In this document: one piece after another, positions 47,956 to 57,385 of the stretch
How the letters are laid out: each line of letters begins with the position of its first letter
How positions within the stretch are numbered: the first letter of the stretch is position 1
Assembly: GCA_024762975.1 (NCBI GenBank)
Contig: JANTGJ010000003.1
Span: forward strand, 2,736-66,735
Direction: 5' to 3'
DNA from: Candidatus Krumholzibacteriia bacterium
Lineage (GTDB): Bacteria; Krumholzibacteriota; Krumholzibacteriia; LZORAL124-64-63
DNA: 64,000 nt
The notes under the pieces: generated by a model
The model's input: the letters and a program-made list of their open reading frames with translations, nothing else
The model's database searches: none
What the model was told of the DNA's origin: nothing
Made by a program: the position numbers and the translations under genes

Positions 47956-49326
47956 TTGGATCTCTGGCAACCCATTGCCAAGCATGTGCTCTTTCCGCTG
48001 CAGGCCCGGCGGGAAGGCAATTCCGTGCCCCGGCACCTGCGTGAGCTGGAAGAGAGCCAGTGGTGGCCCGTCGAGCGGCTGGAGCAGATGCGCCTCGAAC
48101 GGCTGCGAGCCCTCTTGCGCCATGCGGCCGCACATTGCCCCTTTTATACGGCCCGATTCGCCGAATCCGGCTTCGATCCCGAGCGGGTGCAATCGTTCGG
48201 CGACCTGGTCGGGATTCCGTTGCTGACCAAGGATGACATCCGCAATCATCGTGATGAAATGGTGGCCACGAATGTACCGCGGTCGCAGCTGGTACCCAAC
48301 AAGACCGGTGGCTCGACCGGACAACCTCTGCACTTCTACATGGATCGCGAACGGCAATCCTCGCGCGATGCCGCGGCCCTGCGCCACGATCGCTGGTCGG
48401 GCTGGGATATCGGTGACCCGGCGGCCTACATCTGGGGCCACCGGACCGATGTGACGGCGCCGGAATCGTTGCTGTCGCGACTGCGCGTCAAGTACCTGGA
48501 CCGTGCTCTTTTTCTGGATACCTCGAGTCTGGACAGTGCGCGCATGGACTCGTTCCGCCGTCGGCTGCTGCACGAGAATCCGCCCTACTATGTGGCTTAT
48601 GCGAACTCGGTGTACCTCTATGCGAAATTCCTGAAGGATACCGGGGCGACGGAGTATCAGCGCCCCCGCGCGATCATCACTTCGGCCGAGATGCTGGATC
48701 CCGAGCGGCGGGCGTTGATCGAAGAGGTGTTCGGCTGTCTGGTGCTGAATCGCTACGGATCGCGCGAAACCAGCGTGATCGCCTCGCAGTGCGAAGAGGC
48801 CCAGGGCCTGCATATCTGTTGGGAAACGCTGCACCTGGAGTTCCTGCGCGACGAAAAGCCGGTGGCCGCCGGCGAGCCAGGCAAGATTGTCATCACCGAT
48901 CTGATGAACTACGGCATGCCGTTGATCCGCTACGACATCCAGGACGTGGGCATTCCTTCCGAGGCCGCCTGCGCCTGCGGACGCGGCTTGCCGGTGATGG
49001 AGGTCAGCGCCGGTCGCGTGACCGATTTTCTGCTGGGCATGGAGGGGCAGATCGTGTCGGGAGCTTCCCTGACCATCTATCTCATCGCCAATGCCCCGGG
49101 CGTGGCCCAGGCACAACTGGTGCAGGAGCGTCGAGGGGAACTGGTGCTGCGTGTCGTGCGCGGAGAAGGTTTCGGCGAGGCCACTCGAGAGTTTTTTACC
49201 CGGGAGATCCCGCGCTACTTCGGCGATATCGCCTGGCGGCTGGATGAGGTTGATTCGATCGCGAAGGACCCGTCGGGCAAGTACCGTTTCAGTATTTCAC
49301 ATCTGGACCCGGCGGAGGTTTTCTGA
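47956..49326 (+). CDS. Phenylacetate-CoA ligase-like / CapK-type adenylate-forming enzyme 1
   Basis: TGGSTGQP, YGSRE, MPLIRYDIQD, GR..D, SGKYRF. Confidence 0.9.
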   Translation: MDLWQPIAKHVLFPLQARREGNSVPRHLRELEESQWWPVERLEQMRLERLRALLRHAAAHCPFYTARFAESGFDPERVQSFGDLVGIPLLTKDDIRNHRDEMVATNVPRSQLVPNKTGGSTGQPLHFYMDRERQSSRDAAALRHDRWSGWDIGDPAAYIWGHRTDVTAPESLLSRLRVKYLDRALFLDTSSLDSARMDSFRRRLLHENPPYYVAYANSVYLYAKFLKDTGATEYQRPRAIITSAEMLDPERRALIEEVFGCLVLNRYGSRETSVIASQCEEAQGLHICWETLHLEFLRDEKPVAAGEPGKIVITDLMNYGMPLIRYDIQDVGIPSEAACACGRGLPVMEVSAGRVTDFLLGMEGQIVSGASLTIYLIANAPGVAQAQLVQERRGELVLRVVRGEGFGEATREFFTREIPRYFGDIAWRLDEVDSIAKDPSGKYRFSISHLDPAEVF

Positions 49327-49342
49327 TGGGAGAGGGCGCGCC

Positions 49343-50710
49343 ATGATGGATCGTCTGCGCCGCAACGTGATCATTCCCTACGTCGATCGACGTCGCGGGA
49401 ACGATGCCGCATTGTACCAGGACGAGGTCGACCGGGAGCTGTCGGCTCCCCTGGACGAGATCCGCGAGACCCAACGCCGAAAACTGCGCGAGATCGTTCT
49501 CTATGCCCACTCCCAGGTGCCGTTCTATCGGAGGCGGGGCAACGACGCGGCCGACCGCGCCGAAGCTTCGGATTGGGAGGGTCTGGCCGAGGCCTTGCCC
49601 GTGTTGGAAAAGGACGATATTCGCGCGGCCGGCCGGGAATTGCTCAGCGGTGAGTATCAGATCGAATCACTGTTTCATTCGGCGACCGGGGGTACGACCA
49701 GTTCTCCGGTCGAGTTCTACCTGTGCCGGCGGTCGCTGGCCCGGCGTCAGGCGGCCACGCGCTTTTTTCAGCGCTGGTATGGTCACGAAGTCGGAGACAG
49801 CATCGCGTTGCTTTGGGGAGCCCTGCAGGATTTTCCCGAGAAGCGCAGCCTCAAGTCGCGTCTGATGAATCATCTGACCCACCGCAAGCTGATGCTGCCC
49901 AGTGCGTTTCTCGACGATGCGGTCATGGAGAGGTACTGGCGTCAGTTGCGCGACTTTCGGCCGACCCTGCTGCAGGCCTATCCGTACCCCTTGTATATCT
50001 TCGCGCAGTTCCTGCAGAGCCGGGGCCTGCAACTGGAAATCCCGTCGATCACGCTCACGGCCGAACCGCTGTTCCCGGAGCACCGGGCCGTGATCGAGGA
50101 ATGCTTCGGTCAGAAAGTATTCAACTGGTATGGCGCCCGGGAACTGGGGCACGCGGCCAGCGAGTGCGAATATCACCAGGGTCTGCATCTGAATTGCAGC
50201 GGTCTGTATTTCGAAGTGCGGCACCCCGACGGTACCATCACGGACGAGGGCGAGGGCGAGTTGATCACGTCCGACCTGAACAATCGTTGCATGCCGCTGT
50301 TGCGCTACCGCATCGGTGATATGGGGGTGCTGTCGAAACGACGCTGCGAGTGCGGCAGTGAATTGCCCCTGCTCGAGAGCATCACCGGCCGGGTGACGGA
50401 TGTATTCCGGAAGCGGGACGGAACCCAGATCGCCGGCGTGAGCATGACCGGTCGGGTCGTCACCGACAGCCGTTCGGTCAAGGCACTGCAGATCGTCCAG
50501 GAAGACTACGAACGATTCACCCTGCGCCTGGTGCCCGGACCGGAGTACGGACCGGACGCACTGGCAGAAATCCAGCACCGCATCGAGGGCTATCTGCAGG
50601 AGGAACTCGAATTCACGGTCGAGGAAGTGGAATCCATCCCGCGCGAGAAATCCGGGAAGTTGCGTTTCTGTGTATCGCGCGTGGGGCTGACCGAAAGTCC
50701 GGAGAATTGA
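49343..50710 (+). CDS. Phenylacetate-CoA ligase-like / CapK-type adenylate-forming enzyme 2
   Basis: TGGTTSSP, YGARE, MPLLRYRIGD, GRVTD, SGKLRF. Confidence 0.9.
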   Translation: MMDRLRRNVIIPYVDRRRGNDAALYQDEVDRELSAPLDEIRETQRRKLREIVLYAHSQVPFYRRRGNDAADRAEASDWEGLAEALPVLEKDDIRAAGRELLSGEYQIESLFHSATGGTTSSPVEFYLCRRSLARRQAATRFFQRWYGHEVGDSIALLWGALQDFPEKRSLKSRLMNHLTHRKLMLPSAFLDDAVMERYWRQLRDFRPTLLQAYPYPLYIFAQFLQSRGLQLEIPSITLTAEPLFPEHRAVIEECFGQKVFNWYGARELGHAASECEYHQGLHLNCSGLYFEVRHPDGTITDEGEGELITSDLNNRCMPLLRYRIGDMGVLSKRRCECGSELPLLESITGRVTDVFRKRDGTQIAGVSMTGRVVTDSRSVKALQIVQEDYERFTLRLVPGPEYGPDALAEIQHRIEGYLQEELEFTVEEVESIPREKSGKLRFCVSRVGLTESPEN

Positions 50711-50711
50711 T

Positions 50712-51782
50712 TTGGACGCGCGACGCGATCCGGTGATCGTCCTGACCGACCACGGCCGCCCGGACCGTTTCGTTGGCTGTCGCCGCGTCGTGGCTCCGGG
50801 GCTGACCAGTCCGTTCTGGCGGTTGCCCGTACTGGCGAAGTTGCGCCCCCTGTTGCGCGGTCTCGGGACCTGGTGGCGGATCGCCACCCACCGCGGACCG
50901 GCCGTGGCCGTTACCTATGGTAACAGTACCGGCTACGTGGTGGCTGCATTGCAGGCGCTGTTTGCTCCTTTCCGCCGACCGGTCGTCCACGTCATGTTCG
51001 ACTTCCTGATGGATGCCCCGCGGAGTGGAATCGGAGGCCTGTTGGATCGCGCGAAGGCCTCGATCTTCAATCGGGCGGTGGCCTGTGCGGTGATCTGGGG
51101 CAAACAGGACGTACCCCTGTTTGCCCGTACGCACGGACTGGATCGTTCGCGCCTGCGTTTTCATCCCTACCACAAGACCCTCGATATCCTGACTGCCGAG
51201 GATTGCGACGAAGGCGATGATGGCTACGTCTATTGCGGGGGGAATGTCGGTCGCGATTTCCGACTGTTCATCGAGGCCATCGGCCCCCTGGGGATTCCTG
51301 CCTTCGTGGCGACACAGATGCCCGGCGTGGCGGAGATGGCCCGGCAGTGGCCGCAGATCACCGTGCGTGGAGTCACGCCGGTGGAATTCCGGCAGATCAT
51401 GGCTCGAGCCACGATCGTGGCCGAGGTGCACCCGGACTCGTTCTTCCGCAGTGCGGGGCACCAGACGATGTTGAACGCGATGCATTTCGGTAAGCCGGTC
51501 ATCCTTTCGGACGAGCGCAGTGCCGAGGGGTACGTGCGCCACGGTATCGACGGTCTGGTCACTCCGGCAGGAGATCGGGAGGCGTTGACCGAGGCGATTC
51601 GCAGACTGTGGGAGGACGAGGATTTGCGGCGGCAGATGGGTGAACGCGGGCGACGCAAAACGGCCCAACCGATCTACCGTACCGAAATCCACATGCAGTC
51701 GGTGTACAACGTGGCTATCCTGTTGCATCAGAAACGAGAAGGTTCCTCGTACGAGGACGCGCGTCTGCGGGTCTATGAATGA
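50712..51782 (+). CDS. Glycosyltransferase (GT-B fold, GT4-like)
   Basis: GGNVGRDF, AGHQTMLNAMHFGKPVI, HGIDGLVTPAGD..AL..AI. Confidence 0.85.
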   Translation: MDARRDPVIVLTDHGRPDRFVGCRRVVAPGLTSPFWRLPVLAKLRPLLRGLGTWWRIATHRGPAVAVTYGNSTGYVVAALQALFAPFRRPVVHVMFDFLMDAPRSGIGGLLDRAKASIFNRAVACAVIWGKQDVPLFARTHGLDRSRLRFHPYHKTLDILTAEDCDEGDDGYVYCGGNVGRDFRLFIEAIGPLGIPAFVATQMPGVAEMARQWPQITVRGVTPVEFRQIMARATIVAEVHPDSFFRSAGHQTMLNAMHFGKPVILSDERSAEGYVRHGIDGLVTPAGDREALTEAIRRLWEDEDLRRQMGERGRRKTAQPIYRTEIHMQSVYNVAILLHQKREGSSYEDARLRVYE

Positions 51783-51816
51783 TCCCCGGCGCGACGAATA
51801 TGGAAACGGAGACCCG

Positions 51817-53019
51817 ATGCGAATCCCGAGAATTCGACCCCGACGTCTGATCCTGCTGGCGGTGGTGGGAGTGTTGTTGATGCCGGCGTTGTGGGTGTCG
51901 GCCAAATTGATCAAGTGTGACAACTCGGATATCTGGTTCCCGCCATATGCGAAGGAATTCGTGAAGGGTGAGGTGAACCGGGCTGATGAGACGACCGATC
52001 TGATCTTTTTGATGACGGATCACTGGGAGCCGGGCAATCGTGAGGAAAGCCCCGAGTATTCGCAGCGCTGGCTGGATGCCTTCGCGGAGATTTCGCACCG
52101 GCATCTCGATACGCAGGGGCGTAATTTCCGCTACTCGTGGTTCTATCCCGTCGACCGCATGGATGAGCGCATCCTCGCCCAATTGGCGGTTGCCGCGCGC
52201 AACCAACTCGGCGAGACCGAGGTGCATTGGCATCACCACCACGATAGCGTCCAGCAATTCCGAACCGACCTGGAAAACGCGCTGGTTCTGTTTCAGAAAT
52301 ACGGGCACCTGACCAGTGAGCCCGGCGGCGACCCGCACTGGTGCTTCATCCATGGCAACTGGGCGCTGGACGGATCCGAGCCGAACGCGTGCGGCATCAA
52401 CAACGAGATCGATATTTTCCTGGAGCATGGCTGCTACGCAGACATGACTTTTCCCTCGTTGGGCTGGGATGCACAGCCGTCCCTGATCAACAAGATCTAC
52501 TACGCGCAGGATACGCCCGAGCCCAAGAGCTACGACACGGGTGAGCTCGCGCGCGTCGGGACCCGCGGCGAAGGCCTCCTGATGCTGCCCGGTCCGATGG
52601 GGCTGAATTTCCAAAATATGCTGGTGCTGATCGAGGCCGGGGCGATCGACGATGCGGAAGGCACCGGTTTCTCGGGTGCGTTGCGCAAGCCGGATAACAA
52701 CGCGGACTATTTCAAGTCCTCGCGTGTCGGCGTCTGGGACAATATCCATGTCAGCGTCGAAGGGAAGCCGGAGTGGTGTTTTGTCAAGGTGCACGCGCAC
52801 GGGATGCAGCACCGCGATCTGCTACTGAACGGGCAATTCGATTCGCTGCTGTCGGCTCTGGAGAAGTATGCCGCCGAGCGGAAGATCCGGCTGCACTACG
52901 TCACCGCGCGCGAGGCGGTCAACCTCGTACATGCGGCCGAGCAGGGGCTGCCCGGTTCGCCCGAGCAGTACTACGACCTGGAAATTCCGCCCCCGTTGTC
53001 GACCCGCGAGGTCTTCTAG
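51817..53019 (+). CDS. Membrane-anchored or exported protein, possible metal-dependent polysaccharide deacetylase-like fold
   Basis: N-terminal TM; DHWEP, EVHWHHHHD, FIHGNWALD, CYADMTFPS, FVKVHAHG, YVTARE. Start may be 51775. Confidence 0.6.
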   Translation: MRIPRIRPRRLILLAVVGVLLMPALWVSAKLIKCDNSDIWFPPYAKEFVKGEVNRADETTDLIFLMTDHWEPGNREESPEYSQRWLDAFAEISHRHLDTQGRNFRYSWFYPVDRMDERILAQLAVAARNQLGETEVHWHHHHDSVQQFRTDLENALVLFQKYGHLTSEPGGDPHWCFIHGNWALDGSEPNACGINNEIDIFLEHGCYADMTFPSLGWDAQPSLINKIYYAQDTPEPKSYDTGELARVGTRGEGLLMLPGPMGLNFQNMLVLIEAGAIDDAEGTGFSGALRKPDNNADYFKSSRVGVWDNIHVSVEGKPEWCFVKVHAHGMQHRDLLLNGQFDSLLSALEKYAAERKIRLHYVTAREAVNLVHAAEQGLPGSPEQYYDLEIPPPLSTREVF

Positions 53020-53027
53020 GCGGTTCA

Positions 53028-53043
53028 TGGCACCCCTTTTGCT
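53028..53043 (+). promoter_or_regulatory. Sigma54 (-24/-12) promoter
   Basis: TGGCAC-CCCTT-TTGCT, an exact TGGCAC-N5-TTGCW match 77 nt upstream of the FN3 gene. Confidence 0.8.
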
Positions 53044-53119
53044 CAGTTTCAGATGATCGATCGTAAGCTCAATTGAATGAAGAGTTTCCGTGGTCACCGA
53101 GATCGAGGAGAAGGTGGAG

Positions 53120-53479
53120 ATGCCGCGAATTGGAAAATTGCAAGTTCTTTGGTTGCTGGGGGTTGTGGTCGCGTTGACTCTGCCGTCCCTGGCCGGAGCC
53201 CAAACCGTCGCTGTGGAGTGCACCTGGGATCCGCCTGTCGATGGCACGACGGTTGACCACTATGTCCTGGAGCACCAGGTCAACGATGGTCCCTGGGTCC
53301 TCGTTACCACCTTGAGTGAAATGTCTTACGTGATGGATGTGACCCAGGGCGATTCGCATCGCATCCGGGTTGCGGGGGTCGACGCCGAGGGCAACAAGGG
53401 ACCGTATTCCCTGCCGAGCGCGTCCTATTCGTCTGCAGTGGCAGGACCTGGCCAACCGGGACAGCCGCAACAGATCTGA
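53120..53479 (+). CDS. Small secreted fibronectin type III domain protein with PGQPGQP tail
   Basis: Signal peptide; TWDPP...HYVLE...RIRVAGVDAEGNKGPYS..S; ends AGPGQPGQPQQI. Confidence 0.8.
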   Translation: MPRIGKLQVLWLLGVVVALTLPSLAGAQTVAVECTWDPPVDGTTVDHYVLEHQVNDGPWVLVTTLSEMSYVMDVTQGDSHRIRVAGVDAEGNKGPYSLPSASYSSAVAGPGQPGQPQQI

Positions 53480-53662
53480 TGCGGCCGGACCCGTCCGGAG
53501 GAAACAAGCTCCCGTCACATCGCTCATTTTGCCGAGCGGAGTGGGCGGGGGCGTGTCATGTGCATGATCCAGTGTTGATCTCACAGCGGTGCGGCGGAAT
53601 TTTTTCGACGCCGTGACCGCGGAACGGTCCAGGGAGTGGACCGGCGGGGGATGTGAGTCGGG

Positions 53663-55063
53663 GTGTCTTCCCTTTCCGAGCAGATCTATTTTCGCAGTCC
53701 GGTCTGGGCGCAGAATTTGGCCGTCAGCCTGTATGGTGCCGGATTGCGGGACAAACGCTACCGGGGCTGTCATGACCGGCGACTCGCCGAATTGCGGGAC
53801 TCCGCCCGACGGGACCCGGAGCAGTTGCGCCGATTTCAATGGACGGTATTTCGTGAACTGCTCGAGCACAGCTTCGAACGTATCCCCTTTTACCGCGAAC
53901 TGACGGCCCGTACCGGACTGCAGCCACAGGACCTGGGTTCCTTCGACGATCTCCCCCTGCTGCCCATCGTCGAGAAGGAAGAGCTGCGCGCTGCGCCGGA
54001 GCACTATTGCGACCCGGAGGTGTTGCGGGGGAAACCGCTCGTCTTTCACACCAGCGGCACCACCGGCAAGGCACTGACGATCTATTGCGACAGGGAATCC
54101 CGGCGACACCACTACGCGTTCTGGACCCGGTTGCGCGAATGGCACGGTCTGGGCCCGAAGGACCGCCGGGCGACGATGTTTGGCCGGATCATCCACGACC
54201 CCGACAATGCTCGGCCGCCCTTCTGGCGCTACGACCGGGTCGGCCGAAATCTGCTGATGTCCTCGTACCATCTGGCCGAGGAGCATCTGCCGCACTATGT
54301 CGACCAACTCGAGCGCTACGAACCTGCCGAGATCATCGGCTATGCTTCGAGCGTATTCCTGCTGGCGAAGTATATTCTGCGGGAGGCCCCGGGTCGGGTG
54401 CGCCCGCGAGTCGTGTTCACGACCGCAGATACCCTGTTTCCGCATCAGCGCCGCGTGATCGAACAGGCTTTCGCGTGCCCGGTCATTGACCAGTACGGGT
54501 GTGCCGAGATGGCCATTTTTGCTGCCGACGACGGCCAGGCGAACTACCAGGTCCACGGCGAACACGGTCTTCTCGAGGTCCTCGGTGAAGGCGATCGGCC
54601 GGTGGGCCCGGGTGAGACCGGAGAGGCGGTCTGCACCGGATTCATCAATCGCACCATGCCGCTGATCCGCTACCGGATCGGCGATCGCGTTTCACTGCGG
54701 GAAGACGAAACGGTGCAAGACGGCCTGGTCACCCGCTTCGCCGAGATCGTAGGACGCGTGGACGATGTCCTGGTCAGTCCTGACGGGCGGCCGCTGGGGC
54801 GTCTCAGTCCGATCTGGAAAGTCGTTCCCGGCATTTTCGAGACGCAGGTCATCCAGAAGACCGTCGACTCGCTGGATATCAATCTGGTCGTGGACGAAAG
54901 CTTCCGGGCTCGCGGGAATGCCCTGGGCGAACTGGAAACCGAGATTCGCAAGCGCACCGGCAGTGCGATGGAGCTTCGCTTCCACCTGCTGGAAGAGATT
55001 CCGAAAAACAAAAACGGCAAGTTCCGAGCCGTCGTATCCGAGGTCGATTCCGGTGGCGTCTGA
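53663..55063 (+). CDS. CapK-type / phenylacetate-CoA ligase-like adenylate-forming enzyme 3
   Basis: IYFRSPVWAQN, TSGTTG, YGCAE, MPLIRYRIGD, GRVDD, NGKFRAV. Confidence 0.9.
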   Translation: MSSLSEQIYFRSPVWAQNLAVSLYGAGLRDKRYRGCHDRRLAELRDSARRDPEQLRRFQWTVFRELLEHSFERIPFYRELTARTGLQPQDLGSFDDLPLLPIVEKEELRAAPEHYCDPEVLRGKPLVFHTSGTTGKALTIYCDRESRRHHYAFWTRLREWHGLGPKDRRATMFGRIIHDPDNARPPFWRYDRVGRNLLMSSYHLAEEHLPHYVDQLERYEPAEIIGYASSVFLLAKYILREAPGRVRPRVVFTTADTLFPHQRRVIEQAFACPVIDQYGCAEMAIFAADDGQANYQVHGEHGLLEVLGEGDRPVGPGETGEAVCTGFINRTMPLIRYRIGDRVSLREDETVQDGLVTRFAEIVGRVDDVLVSPDGRPLGRLSPIWKVVPGIFETQVIQKTVDSLDINLVVDESFRARGNALGELETEIRKRTGSAMELRFHLLEEIPKNKNGKFRAVVSEVDSGGV

Positions 55064-56195
55064 TTCGATCACACTTTGTGCCGTGGGCGACATCTGCCTG
55101 GGCGACAGCCTGATCAGTCTGGGGTTCGGTACGCGCAGTATGATCGCGCGCCACGGGCCGAATTTCATCTTCGATGGTGTTCGTGACCGCCTTCGGTCCC
55201 ACGATATCGTTTTTGGAAACCTCGAGTCCGTACTTTCGGACCGGGGAGTCGATCCGGCCGAACCGCGCACGCGCTACCTGCGCGGAGCACCCGAGGGCAT
55301 CGAGTCCGTCTGTGACGGTGGCTTCCATATCCTGAACGTGGCCAACAACCACATCCTGCAGTACGGCCGGCAGGCCTGTGAGGAGACGCTCGAGGCGGTG
55401 CGGGGCCGGGACATCGTGCCCGTCGGACTGCGCGGCGATGGCGAGCAGTGCTGTGTGCCGGAGGTCCTCGAACGCGATGGAATGCGCATCGGTTTCCTGG
55501 CCTACAGCTTCGAATGGGAGCAGTACTACGAGGGCGAGGTCCTGTACGCACGTGCGACGGCGGACCAGATCAGTCAGCAGGTACGCGCCCTGCGCGACGA
55601 AGTCGACTACGTCATTGTTTCAATTCACTGGGGCCTGGAATACATGCTCGAGCCCTCGCCCGAGATGCGCGAGATCGGCCGGGCGGTGATCGATGCCGGT
55701 GCCGACGTGGTGTTGGGACATCATCCGCATGTACTGCAGGGCATGGAACACCGCGGTGACGGGATCATCTTCTACAGCCTGGGAAACTTCGTTTTCGACA
55801 AGGCCTGGTGGCCGGTATGCCGCAAGACCTGCATAGCCTCATTGACGCTGCCGCGGGACCGCTCGGCGGGACTCGGTGTCGAGGTCATTCCGGTGCGCAT
55901 CAACGGCCGGCATCAGCCCCGACTCAGCGAAGGCCGACAGTTGCAATCCGACGAAGCGTTCTGGGCGAAGGTGTGTCGTCGACTGGAGCGCTGGCCCGCC
56001 GGCAGTGAAGCGCAATACGCCCGGGAAAAGAAGATGAAGCTGGCGGTGATGGCGGCCACGAAAATCGCTCATATCCTTTGGAACGCCCCGCGCTACGAGG
56101 CGGGAGTCTTTTCCCATCTGTTCAAGCACAAGATCCTGCGCATTTCGGCGCCGAAGCTGCCGAAGACCGCAAGCGAGGAGCCGGCAGCCGAATGA
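55053..56195 (+). CDS. CapA (PgsA)-family metallophosphoesterase-fold protein
   Basis: VGDI, GNLES, NVANNHILQYG, SIHWGLEY, GHHPHVLQG, YSLGNFVF. Confidence 0.9.
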   Translation: MASDSITLCAVGDICLGDSLISLGFGTRSMIARHGPNFIFDGVRDRLRSHDIVFGNLESVLSDRGVDPAEPRTRYLRGAPEGIESVCDGGFHILNVANNHILQYGRQACEETLEAVRGRDIVPVGLRGDGEQCCVPEVLERDGMRIGFLAYSFEWEQYYEGEVLYARATADQISQQVRALRDEVDYVIVSIHWGLEYMLEPSPEMREIGRAVIDAGADVVLGHHPHVLQGMEHRGDGIIFYSLGNFVFDKAWWPVCRKTCIASLTLPRDRSAGLGVEVIPVRINGRHQPRLSEGRQLQSDEAFWAKVCRRLERWPAGSEAQYAREKKMKLAVMAATKIAHILWNAPRYEAGVFSHLFKHKILRISAPKLPKTASEEPAAE

Positions 56196-57385
56196 GGGTC
56201 TGCTTCGTTTACAAGGAAGACTATCCCTGGGATATCCGGGTCGAGAAGTTGTTGCACTTCTTCCGCGACGAGGGGCATCCCATCTCGCTGGTCTGCCGCA
56301 ACCTGAAGAACCTGCCCCGGCGCGAGCAGGCCGAGGGCATCGATATTTGGCGTCTGCCGTCGTTTGCGGGCCTGGGCAAGCTGGGTTCGCTGATGAGTGT
56401 GCCATTCTTTTTGCACCCGATCTGGTTCTTCGGCATTCTCAATGCCGTGCGCAGATCCCACTCCGAATTGATCGTGGTTCGCGACCTGCCGTTGATGCCG
56501 ACCGCCCTGGCCGTGGGCCGGCTGACGGGCACGAAGGTGCTCTTCGACATGGCGGAGTGCTATCCGGAGATGTACGCCTCGACCCTGCAGTACAGCGGTA
56601 ACAGTCTGGCCAAACGCATCGTGAAGAACCCTGGCTTCGCGGCCTTTCTCGAGAAATTCTGTGTCGATCGCGCCGACATGACTTTCGTGATGATCGAGGA
56701 GTCGCAAGACCGTTTGGTAGCGCGCGGCTGTGATCCGGCCCGGATCCGCATTGTCAGTAATACTCCGCCGCGAGTGGAGCGGCCGGTGCTGGACGGTGGG
56801 ACCGCCGATGTGATGCGCATCTTCTACGTGGGCTTCATCACGCGAATTCGGGGCATAGACAACGCGCTGCACGGATTGCGCGCCTATCTCGACCGGCCGG
56901 GAGAAAAGCCCCGCGTGATCATGGATCTGATCGGCAAGGGGGCCGCAACGGAGGAATTCAAGCGCCTGGCCCGGGAGCTGGACCTCGAAGACCACGTGAA
57001 CTTTCGCGGCTGGTGTTCGCACGAAGAGGTGGCCGAGAGTTTCGCCGCCAGCGATGTCGGATTGCTCTCCTACCACGTGTGCAGTCACTGGAATCACACG
57101 ATTCCCAACAAGCTCTTCGACTACATGGTTGCCGGTATGCCGGTTCTGGCCACCGACGTCATTCCCATCCAGCGCATCGTCCACGAGACCGACTGCGGTG
57201 TGATCTGCCGGGACAACGATCCCGAGAGTTTTGCCGATGCTCTGGCCGAGTTGTCCGATCCGGACCGGCGTCGTCAGCTGAGCACGAACGGCTACGAGGC
57301 CGTCGAACGGAAGTACAACTGGACCGAGGATTGCGGAAGAATTCGCGCCGTGATGGAGAGTTGGACGAACGAGGATTCCGCCTGA
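56192..57385 (+). CDS. Glycosyltransferase family 4
   Basis: YPWDIRVEK, FYVG.ITRIRG, TIPNKLFDYMVAGMPV. Confidence 0.9.
   Translation: MRVCFVYKEDYPWDIRVEKLLHFFRDEGHPISLVCRNLKNLPRREQAEGIDIWRLPSFAGLGKLGSLMSVPFFLHPIWFFGILNAVRRSHSELIVVRDLPLMPTALAVGRLTGTKVLFDMAECYPEMYASTLQYSGNSLAKRIVKNPGFAAFLEKFCVDRADMTFVMIEESQDRLVARGCDPARIRIVSNTPPRVERPVLDGGTADVMRIFYVGFITRIRGIDNALHGLRAYLDRPGEKPRVIMDLIGKGAATEEFKRLARELDLEDHVNFRGWCSHEEVAESFAASDVGLLSYHVCSHWNHTIPNKLFDYMVAGMPVLATDVIPIQRIVHETDCGVICRDNDPESFADALAELSDPDRRRQLSTNGYEAVERKYNWTEDCGRIRAVMESWTNEDSA

Noticed and set aside
46981..49116. 711-aa minus-strand ORF and similar long antisense ORFs (32348-34684, 8825-10654, 21640-23712, 13389-15068)
   Set aside because: They overlap well-supported genes on the opposite strand or frame and contain no recognisable domains.
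47956..55063. Phenylacetate catabolism or an NRPS cluster
   Set aside because: No paa genes and no condensation or carrier domains; the context is glycosyltransferases and a flippase.
55053..56195. Poly-gamma-glutamate capsule synthesis implied by CapA
   Set aside because: No capB or capC in the window, and CapA-family proteins are common outside PGA loci.
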